From: Macrostomum hystrix
Taxonomy: Eukaryota; Animalia; Platyhelminthes
Direction of reading: 5' to 3'
NCBI GenBank assembly: GCA_950097015.1
Contig: CATNEN010000039.1
Coordinates: forward strand, 19,344,001-19,408,000
Length of the DNA: 64,000 nucleotides
Of this stretch, positions 49,578 to 59,172 are shown in pieces. The notes under the pieces were generated by a model. It was not told the origin of the DNA. It was given only the letters and a program-made list of their open reading frames with translations, and searched no databases. A program made the position numbers and the translations under genes. Every line of letters starts with the position of its first letter. The first letter of the stretch is position 1.

Positions 49578-50378
49578 TCAGCACTGAATGCTTTCTGAGA
49601 GCAACCTTCGTAGCAGGATGTTGCGGCAGAGCAAGTTCTCATGCGCACGGCTACTATCCAACCTGCTGCTTGCTGTTGAGCCGGAGTTCTTCTTCTTACC
49701 GCATCGGCAGACTCGCACAGCGTGTAGGGCGACGCACTCGCCTGCTAGGGAGAACGGACATCGTGACTGTCGGTAGCATTGAAGATCGTTGGAACACTCC
49801 GTGCAGAGGCAGACACCTCGCACGGAGACACCACCAGGAGGACGATAGCACTTTGGCTGCAAATATTTCTGCTTCCTGCATAAATTGTTTCAATAATAGT
49901 TTATGTGGCATCGGTTTTTACCGAAAGAAAAAGAAATGGTAAAAACGTAGATGTATTTTTTACATACTCGTTTGGTGATGCATTTTAATCTCACAGACCA
50001 ACCATCTTTTGGCCTACTCGTCTATAATACTTAAAATACCCCGTAGCCGAAAGTTAGGTAACTTACGTTCTATATCCTCTTGAAAACTAGAGTAAAACTA
50101 TTTACTTACCGGGCCTCCTGATCGCCAATGTACTGCTCGTGACTGCAGCCCCCGTTCGCCACCAGGCAGTCTGTGCTGGTGAAACAAAAATGCACCGCAT
50201 GGTACTTGTACGGATCAGGATTGGCTTCAATGGCTTGCATCTCGACAATATTTAAGCCTAAATTGCTATCAGATAGGGCAGCTGTTTGACTTGGGTTAGA
50301 CTTAGCTAGGGCCTCTGAAATCAGCAGCAGCAGCAGCAGCTGTACTAGCCACAAAACGATGGGACGAAAAGTATTCAT
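49578..50378 (-). CDS. Secreted Cys-rich protein with two 6-Cys modules (C-x5-C...C...C...CxC), pattern like cvSI-2-type protease inhibitors; exons 50378-50110 and 49875-49578
   Basis: Signal peptide MNTFRPIVLWLVQLLLLLLISEALA; a phase-2 GT-AG intron joins CFTSTDC...C to C...CLC-TECSNDLQC...C...C...CRC. Confidence 0.7.
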
Positions 50379-51372
50379 TGAATTCGGTGAACTTTGAGGA
50401 AAAATGTTTTGAAGTAATGCGTTGTCACATGCTACTGACAACGCTTCTTAGTGTCACACGCAGACATTGGTGTTTTGACCATAGACTACGATCTGCTCAT
50501 TCGTTTTTTAGCGCATTAGCGTGGCAAAAGTGAGCAGAAAACACGGAAACGCAGAAGGTTGTTACATGCGTTGAAATGAGTGGGACAGTTTTTTAATGAA
50601 GATTAGCAGTTTTGAGTAAATCACAACCATCCAATGTTCGCAGATTTTTTGCGATGCTCACAGTTTATTCACGTGACGTACGTTTACAATCGCTTATAGT
50701 TAATAGTGCAGTTTTGGAACAGGCAGTGCTGACACAATTGCAATTGGAATTGGAATTGAAGTGGAAAGTCTCAATAACGAAATGCTTCTGACATAAGTGC
50801 CTAGTATGCCTACACCAATTTTAGGTTGACTAAATATGATTGAATATGATTAAGTCTTACCTAAAACATTCTGATGCAATTAAAGAATCACAACTTTCCG
50901 TCCGAGAACTCCACGCCTGGTTCGGCCTCGCGACGACATGTGTCGTCCTGACCAATTGACGACGCACTGCATGTTGTTTTTCGAGGCACTTGTTCAGCAT
51001 GCGCTTGCATGTGTCGTGGACTGAGCTCCCCCGACAGCCTCGGAGGCAGTCGGCCTGTTTGAGAATGATTTAGTGTATTTCTATACATACAGCTGCACTG
51101 AATACCAGTTTTAGTAGTATAATGTGTACAGTGGTCTAAAATTTGTTAGAAATAGCTTGACTTGGTCACCCCTTTGCTAGAAAAAAAATTAATACTTACC
51201 AAACGCTCTTGCAGCACTCGGGAATTCCGGGAATTCATGTAGTCACTCCAACTCGAAATCTGAGCGAAATCCGGTTGCCTAGCGTTGTTGGACCGCTGAC
51301 CGAGCTGCTTCTTCTTCTTCTTCTGAATCCACCGTCCCCAAAGCTGCTACAGGCAGCGAGGAGGAGGAGCGC

Positions 51373-54300
51373 TCAGAGGCGCCCCAGTCTGCGCAGGAGG
51401 GCGAGGACTTGTTCAGGGTGTAAATGCAGGGCCTCGTCCCAGTTGTCGTAGCGAACACGGGTACCGTCGCCGCGCGGGCACTCGAAGAGAATGTGCTATT
51501 CAGTATCGAGACTGACACAGTCGCGGCAGAGCGGGTCGTCAGTGAGGCCGAGACGATGGCGGGTGGAATTGGCCAGCATCGAGCATCCCGCCCTGAGCTG
51601 GTTGATGGCGACCGTCTCGGTGCGGCTGAGGTGTTTGGGGGTGGAGCGCCAGCACGGCCCCAGCACCTCGAGGTCAAGGGCGGCTCTCGCCCGGCGAAGG
51701 GCCGCCTTAGCAGCTTGGAAAGAGATGGGCCTGTCCTGCTGTCGTTCCAGACGGGCGCGATTAGCGTAGCGGTCGGCCAACTCATTTCCCGGGATGTCGC
51801 AGTGCGCCGGAACCCAAACAAACTCGCAGATGTGTTGAAAGGCGCTCAGCGTTGCCCAGCAAAGGCTGCCATCAGCCGAGCGCTGCTCGCAGGGGCCGTG
51901 CTCAAGGGCTGCCAGCGCCGCCAGCGAATCGCTATGGATGCGGATCGACGTCCCGTGGTCCGGCGTCAGCTGTCTGATGTAATCGAGGGCCGCCCGTATC
52001 GCGCATATCTCCGCCTGGAAGGAGCCAGCAACCCGGCCGGCCGGGGCGGCAATAATGGTACCCCACCTGCGGGTGTTGATAACGGCGGCGCCCCAGGCAT
52101 CCGAGGTGCCGTCCCTGACGGAGCCGTCGGTCCAGACGTCGATGTCCGTCGGTTGGAGATCGGCAAGGAAGTTCAGCGCCCGGTCGCGTCGGATGCTCGT
52201 CGGGAGATAGCGGGCGCACAAAGCGGTGAGCGCCAGATTGAAGTGGATCCGTGGATTGTCCATCAGGCAGTTGATCTCGGGGGTCGGCGGCGGGTATGGC
52301 TCGCGTGGAAGGGCCTCAAGATGGGCGGCCTCAGTGAGCTCAAGAGCCACGCGACGCCAGCAACCTCGGAACGGACGACGATAGTCATTTAGAAGCAGAG
52401 GATTGATGGTCGGTTCCTGGCGACGATTGGCACTTTCAAAAGCGCGAATGAGGAGCCTGCTGCGGGTGATGCGCTCTGCGGAGTCGTGGGCTGGGACGTC
52501 GTCTGGCAGGCGGAGGACGCGTTCGCGGAGGAGTGCGGCGCGCTCAAGGATCACGTGTCCAAAAGGCGATAGGTTCGCTGCGGCTAGGAGGTTCGTAGAG
52601 CGAGTGAGCTGCGGGCATCCGGTGATGATGCGCGCACAGGCGTTCTGCTGCTGCTCTATCAACAATTTGGTACTCGGCGCGGCGCTCGCTCCCCAGATGC
52701 CGCAGCCATGGTCGGCGACGGCACGGATGGTCGCCAGGTAGGCAGTGCGTAGGACATTCTGGGAGGCACCGGCCTTCCTGCTCGCGAGGCTAGCCAGGGC
52801 TCGGCGGCGTTGGCTCATGCGCTTACGGACATCAGCAGCGTGGGCCGTGAAGTTGAGTTGGCCGTCAAGAACCAAGCCAAGGAACCTGGGATTCGGGTCG
52901 AAGTTGAGAGGCTCATTGCCGAGCTGGAGCGGGACCCGGACCTTCCCATTGACCTCATTCGGAGCAAGGGTGAACGTGCAGTAGCAGCACTTGTTGGTAC
53001 TTAATTCGATCTTCCAGCGGGAGCACCAGCTGGTCACAGCATCCAGAGCTGGTTGGAGAACCTCGGCACACTTGAGCAGGGATGGTTGTGTGGCCAGGAG
53101 CGCCGAATCGTCCGCGTACAGGCTTATTCCGCAGTTGGGAGATGCCTCGGTAACGTCTGTGGCAAGATCGCTGACGAAGATGTTCCAGAGGGTCGGGGCC
53201 AGCACCGACCCTTGTGGCAGATCCTCCCGAAAAGTGCGTTGGCTGCTCATTGTGCCGTTCCAGCACACCGTAGCTCTGCGATCTTCGAGGAAAGCGGCCG
53301 TCCAGCTGATTGTGTTAGCATCGATGCCGAGCCGGACCATCTTGTAGGTCAGGGCCTCTTTCCAGACAGATTCGTACGCGCTCTTGAAATCCTGGCAGCT
53401 GAGGATGCTCCGGAAGGCCGGGGAGCGCTCGAGGCCGTCAAAAATGTCTTGGCAGACACGCGCCAGTTGTTCCTCCGTGCTACGTCCGCGGCGGAACCCA
53501 GCTTGGGCCGGCGAGAGCAGGCCCTTAGATTCAAGTTCATGTTGCAGGCGTTGTAACACCATACGCTCCGCACACTTAGCAACGCAGCTCGTGAGGGCCA
53601 CTGGCCTGAAGGAGGCCACAAGCTTCGGGTCCTTCCCCTTTTTTGCGATCGGGATGATGGTTGCCAGCCGCCAGCTGCGCGGACATTGCTTGTTAGTCCA
53701 GGTAGCATTGATTAGGTCGAGTAAACGTTGGTCGAACCGGGTGCTGAGCCGCTTGAGCATCTCATTGTGGATGCCGTCAGGACCTGGGCTCTTGCCTGAT
53801 TTTAGGCGACGGATGGCAGCGTGGAGTTCAGCCATGGAGAAGAGGACAGCAGTGGTTACCGGGTTCTTGCGGGCCATCTTAGCGACATCCCGGACGGGAG
53901 CGTCCGTCTTGCGGCGGCGCACTCTGGCGACGGAGGCATAGTGCTGGCAAAAGGTGTCCGCTTTTTCTTTGTCGGTACGGGCTGGGCGAAGGTCCGACCC
54001 ATCCGGCGCAGTGCGGGCGATGTCCACCTTGCCGCGCTGTGGTGCCCTGTCGCCTCGCGTGGCGCGGAGAAATTGGAAGAGGTCGCTGCCGACGGTGAGG
54101 TGTTGTGCCCGGTCTTCGAGGTACTCGCGGCGTTCTTTGCGGATGGTGTTTCCCGCCTCGTGTCTGGCCCGGTTGTAGTCGGCTAAGCTCTGAGGATTTG
54201 GCATGGCTTCGGCTTCTTTCCGCTTCTGGTTGCAGTTGTCTCGGGCTTTTTCGCAGTTGGAGTTCCAGAAAGGTGGCCTGTGGTTCGAAGGACTGCCGCG

Positions 54301-55727
54301 GGGTATCGCGAGGGCCGCTGCTTCAAGGATGTCACTGCAAAACGCGGCGTGTCGCTGCTCGATGCTGCCCCAGGCTTGCGGGCCCTGGAGTTCATCGAGG
54401 TGCTGCTGGAAGGCGGTCCATTGGGCTTTGCGAAAGCTCCAGCGGGTACGGCGGCGGGTGTCACGGCATTGGCGTAACCGTGTCAGCGGGAACGTGATTG
54501 GCAGGTGGTCGCTGCCCATATCACGCTCCGTCCTCCAGCCGTTGGCGATGTTCGCTGCCAGGCGCTCACTGGCGAGCGTCAGGTCCGGGGAGCTGCGGGA
54601 GCCGCTGCTTGGGCTGCTGCGGGTGTGTGCGGCACCATTGCAAATTTGGAGATGGTTAGCAGAGCACCAGTGTTCGATCGAGTGGCCCCTCTCGTCCTCA
54701 TCGACCCAGCCGTCCCAGCTGCCATGGCCGTTGAAGTCCCCTCCGATCACCGTGGTGTCATTCGTTGGGAGGAGTGCGAGGTTCGGTGTCCAATTGTCGT
54801 GGCGCTGGGCACTCGCAGGCGGCGCGTAAACGTTGACAATTTGGACTGGCGCGCGGCCTTCGGGGTGGATGGTGATAGCAGCAGCGTCCAGTTTGTCCTG
54901 GTCTTGTGGGATAGACGGAAGGTTGCTGTACCGAACGTCAAGGCGCACCAGGGTGATGACTCCGCCCCTGCCGGTCGTCTTTTTTTGTTTCTTGGTGTTA
55001 ACGGCCGGGGGCGACGCCGTCCTATTGCGCCCCAACGCATCACTGGGCTTGGCCCCGTCTGGCGGTTGAATTTGCGCCTGTGGGAGCGGGTTGTCCCGCT
55101 CGGACCAAGCGGTGCGGCGGGAGCGACAGCCTCGGCACCAGTTGCTACGGTCGTCTGGGAACCGGAGGCGACACGTAGGTCTGGCCACAAGCCTTCCAGC
55201 AACGCGCATCGACGGTCCACCGGTATCGTCGGAGGTGCCCGGCTGGTCGTCAGCCGCGCGTGGTTGAGCACCATCCAGACGCGGCTGGGCATCCTGGTTA
55301 ACACTTTCAGCGTCGTTGAGGTACGGGATCCCGTCGACCCGAGCGGCGACGCAGTAGTTCGCGGGAGGGGTGAAATCCTCGTCCTTGACCAGCTTTGTCT
55401 CCTGGATCAGGGCGACGGCCGGGCGGTGTGTCGCGAGCCAATGACTCAGTTCCGTCATGCGGGCCTTCAGTCCGTTAGAATTGAACTGAAGAGCGCGGAG
55501 CTCTTGAGTCGGCTCTGCTTGAGACCTCCGGTCGCGCCCTCTGCGCTTGCGTGCTGACCGACGGGTCCTTGGACGCTTGGCGCTGGGGTTGGCGTTGGCG
55601 TTGCCTCCACGAAGACGCAGCACTTGTAGCAGTTCACTATCGATGTCGGAGTCTGCGCAGACTCGGTGGTTGGGGAGACCGTTAGTCCTCTCCAGGGGCA
55701 CGTCGTGGACGTCGTCTCCTAGCCCCC
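51373..55727 (-). pseudogene. LINE polyprotein ORF with one in-frame TAG (51496-51498) inside the C-terminal CCHC knuckle
   Basis: CRDCVSLDTE*HILFECP...LLRRLGRL*; the frame continues past the TAG to TGA at 51373-51375. Confidence 0.85.
55674..55727 (-). ncRNA. Minimal HDV-like self-cleaving ribozyme (54 nt) at the LINE 5' end
   Basis: P1 GGGGGC/GCCCCU with G1-U wobble; P2 GGAGAC/GUCUCC; P3 ACG/CGU; L3 UCCACGA; P1.1 CC/GG; J4/2 CUAA. G1 is the first base after the TSD. Confidence 0.8.
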
Positions 55728-56534
55728 GACCGAGCTGCTGCTGCTGCTGCTGCTGCATGAATTCAGTCAGTCTCGCCGAGAGAGGATCAACATACGAATT
55801 CATATCTCTCATGAGAGCTTCGACAGCGACATGTGTCTCTTAGCATCTCCTAGCAGACAGAGTCGCCAAATACATGGCCTGAAGAGTATTGTGTGCTGAT
55901 CAGGCACACCAAACTGCCACTTCTAGACAATGGGGAACAATTGCCTAAGATTTATAACAGTTACGTGACACTTACTGCAGTTGCTACTTCTTCCTTGAGT
56001 AGATCGTAGTCTTCTGGATCCTTGTAATCCGGCAGTTCTTCTCTTTGTTCCGGTCGACCGTGAAGTTTCGGGTCTGTTGCTTCTTGAGTCTTTATAGTCT
56101 TTTTGTCTGCTTTGACTTCCTGGCAGGTAGAATTTTTCTGTTGGCCAATAAAGGACGAGAGCGAATCAGATTACGTGTCGGCTTCCTAGAGCTCGGAGTT
56201 CAAAATAGAAACGTCCGCCCTTGTGAACAATTGAAATCTCTCTTGTGTCTCTCTAATAGGTCCTCATGAAGGGCGTCTTCTTCATTACCCCCGAAAGATA
56301 ACGGATAACTCAAATCAATCAATCAATAATCCTCTAGGAATGTATCCTAGGATTAAGGAGGCCTTTCTCAAATGTATCGACGATATGTAACCTACGCTTA
56401 CCACATGTCTTTCCCTCAGAGATGAGTCCTCTTCTTCGTAAAGCTGTTTTGAAGTCCGGTGGACCGCTCCGAGTCTGAATTTTCAGATCGGATTTACGCA
56501 TGTACTCGTATTTATAGCAATTTATAGCAAAAGA

Positions 56535-56812
56535 CGTCGGACTCACGACTTGAAGGTCGGGGGTTCGATTCCCGACTCCACTGGAAAAATTTGCGTCCTT
56601 TAGCAAGACACTTAACTCTGTAATTGCTTCAGTTCACCCAGCTGTTAAATGGGTACCAGCATCAGCTGGGATAATTGAAGGTGGGTGTGGCGTCCCCCCA
56701 GTCCGTGGACTGAACAGCTGTACGCAGCCTTCAGATGCGCCGCGCATTAGCTGCGGCTGTGCTGTCGGCTGCACATCTGACCCAATTGGGGCAGGTGTAA
56801 TCAATTATTATT
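56535..56812 (+). mobile_element. SINE family B (tRNA head + CORE-like domain + ATT-repeat tail)
   Basis: B-box GGTTCGATTCCC; GTCCTTTAGCAAGACACTTAACTCT...CTTCAGTTCACCCAGCTGTTAAATGGG; at least 7 copies in the window. Confidence 0.85.
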
Positions 56813-57699
56813 ACCGTTCTTAGTTTTTTTTCACGCTCAAAGTATCGAAGTATACACGCTCAGAATATTTAGATTATATCACCATATAAATAATTATCTG
56901 AACAATAGTATTCGATTGTTTAAACCGAATATTTAGCTTGCTACACTACTAACATTTAAATGCGGGTAGCATTACAAGCATGTTGGGTTCTGGACAGTAG
57001 ATCAAAAAATTACTAAAACGTGTTTTAAGGTAGAATGAGTTATTTTTTTGGGAACGTCGTCCTACTCGGCGTCCTTTTGGGGACTCAAATCGGACCATAT
57101 TGGAGCCGGCCGACGCATCGTCCCTTCGCGGACTGAGCTCGGTCGGACTGTAGGATGTACACGATTTTTCATCTTTTAAATGCATATATTGCTGAAAACA
57201 AGGCCTCTTGAGACGTTTTCAACAGCAACTTGAGTTTTTTCTGCGCCGACGCGAACTAAGATCGGACGGCCCGTGGGGTACGAAAATACGTCTTTTCGAC
57301 AACGAATTTTACACCGGGTTGTTTAATCAGTTAACATTTATCATAGAGTTATTTAGGACTAAAGATCTATAAAAAACGATGCTACTTTATTAATTTTACA
57401 TGTCAAAGTACATACAATAGGACACTGGGACAAATCTTTGTATGTAGAGATGAAAAAGAAGCATTGAAAATTTATCCAATCAATCCTTGTGGGCATGGTT
57501 TGCAGTTCAAAACGACAATGAAATCTAACTGGGACTTCTCAGATTAGGACTGTTCAAAAACACTGACAGCTGCAACGGCTCCCTCTCAGAACTTGGTAGG
57601 CTCCAGCTCCTTTTTACAATATTCAGAACATAATAATAATTGCAGGAGGGCTGCGGGCAATGGCACATCATTTGGTGACACTAGACCCGCAGCCAGCGA

Positions 57700-57987
57700 G
57701 GAGGCAATTCTGCCCATTTCGCTGACTCCTGAGCACACACACACAGATACCGTACGCAGGCACACGCTCACACAGGTGTGTACATCTGCCCTGACTTTCT
57801 CATCGTCAGGCAGTGTTCACTTCACTGTGCCTTGGAGGTTGGCCCTCAAGGGCGTGAATTGCACGACAAGCCCCCAAGCCTTCCCTCCGCGGCTGCGCCC
57901 CAAATAAATGTGGCCTCGCCGTGGAATCGAACTTAGGGACTGTGGTGCGAGTGGCAAACGCGTTAACCACTCTGCCACCGACCCCCT
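57700..57987 (-). mobile_element. SINE family A, near full length
   Basis: A-box TGGCAGAGTGG and B-box GTTCGATTCC on the minus strand; 5 copies in the window. Confidence 0.85.
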
Positions 57988-59172
57988 ATTCAGAACATTC
58001 AGTAATTGGCTTCACTCTCCGATCGTTAAGACTCTAGTATCTCGAAATTTGATAAACGATTAGACGTAGAATGGCTACGGTAACAACACTAACACGAATA
58101 GCAACGTGATGCAAAACTGTCTCCTAAACGAAAAAAACTGAAGCAGTAAATAGACTGCGGACGGTAAACTTTGAAGGTGAATCGATGAAATTCTGGAGAC
58201 AAAGGATCGAAAAGTCTGTAAGACTTACTCATTTTTATTGAAGTTTAATACAGTTTAATACAGTCACTGGAGTGCATAGAGTTCAATCAGGGAGAAATGT
58301 TTACAAGATATGTTTGCCTCTGCCCCAAACTTTGGAAACCTAACTGAAGATGACAATGTATATACCAGATGGTGGAAGGAAGTAGTTGAGAACTGACAGA
58401 AAGATTCGCGTTATAAAAAATAGTTTTAAATTAGAGAAAACCAATAAGTGCCCTGAATAGCTTTAGACTCCACTTTGGCACAAGAACGCGATGAGACGAA
58501 AATTATGAGTAATGCGACCACCAAATATTTTATTCCTTAAAAATGACTACATTTTCTATCTTTATTCCGATTACTCTATTGTTGCCTTTTGTTTTTAGTC
58601 CATGTCGATTTATTGTGTCTACTCGCATATGAGAAATACAATCGAAAATAGCACCTTTATTGACTTCACATTTAATAGGTATAACGAAAAACAAAACAAA
58701 AAAGGTTGTTGTGCTGTCCTTGCTAAAAAATCGAAGCTGTTCTGTAATTAGAAATCATTCCCGATGAGTATGATTCTTTCAAAAGAATCTGAGTTTTGAG
58801 TTTGAGTCAAAGTTTGAGATATGAAAATCTTTGCTTTCTGTGAAGTTCACAGCGGTTGGAATGCCACATATTCATTCTAGCCAAGCAAGTGATCTTGCGG
58901 TAGCCCTATATCTATCTATGAAGCTAAAACAATTTGAACAGTCACGCCAGATATTTAGGTTCATGCGTCTCCAGTCCTAACTTGAAGCCCCACTATCAGA
59001 CAGCTGATAAGATCGCACGAACAAAACGCTCAGGCGGCTAAATGAAATCGAAAATTGGACTCGAGAGCTCGAAACTTTCAACCGCCCAATCCACCTGTTC
59101 TTTGATAGGCCTGTTCAGCTTGAGCACTCTCAACTCACTCAGCTGAGACTATCCAAGCTTCTGAGGCAGAGC

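Larger units (their letters stand above)
51310..55727 (-). mobile_element. Full-length Ingi-like non-LTR retrotransposon (APE endonuclease, RT, RNase H, CCHC)
   Basis: TSD GACCGAGCTGCT at 51298-51309 and 55728-55739; (GAA)n 3' tail. Motifs QFNSNG, IQETK, GGDFNGH, SDHLPI, KSPGPDGI, FRPVALTS, QAGFR, LPQGSVLAP, YADD, TDGS, WVPAHCDIPGNELAD. The clade is inferred from the single ORF, RNase H and 5' ribozyme. Confidence 0.92.

Noticed and set aside
51424-55557. Long plus-strand ORFs (322 aa, 350 aa and others)
   Set aside because: Antisense shadows of the GC-rich LINE ORF with no recognisable motifs.
55728-55812. Treating the track ORF start (MRDMNS...polyQ) as part of the retrotransposon
   Set aside because: It lies outside the target-site duplication, so it is flanking host sequence.
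56535-56585. tRNA genes at the A/B-box-like sequences (also 10545, 57920-57987, 5548)
   Set aside because: No complete cloverleaf; each is followed by the same SINE body.
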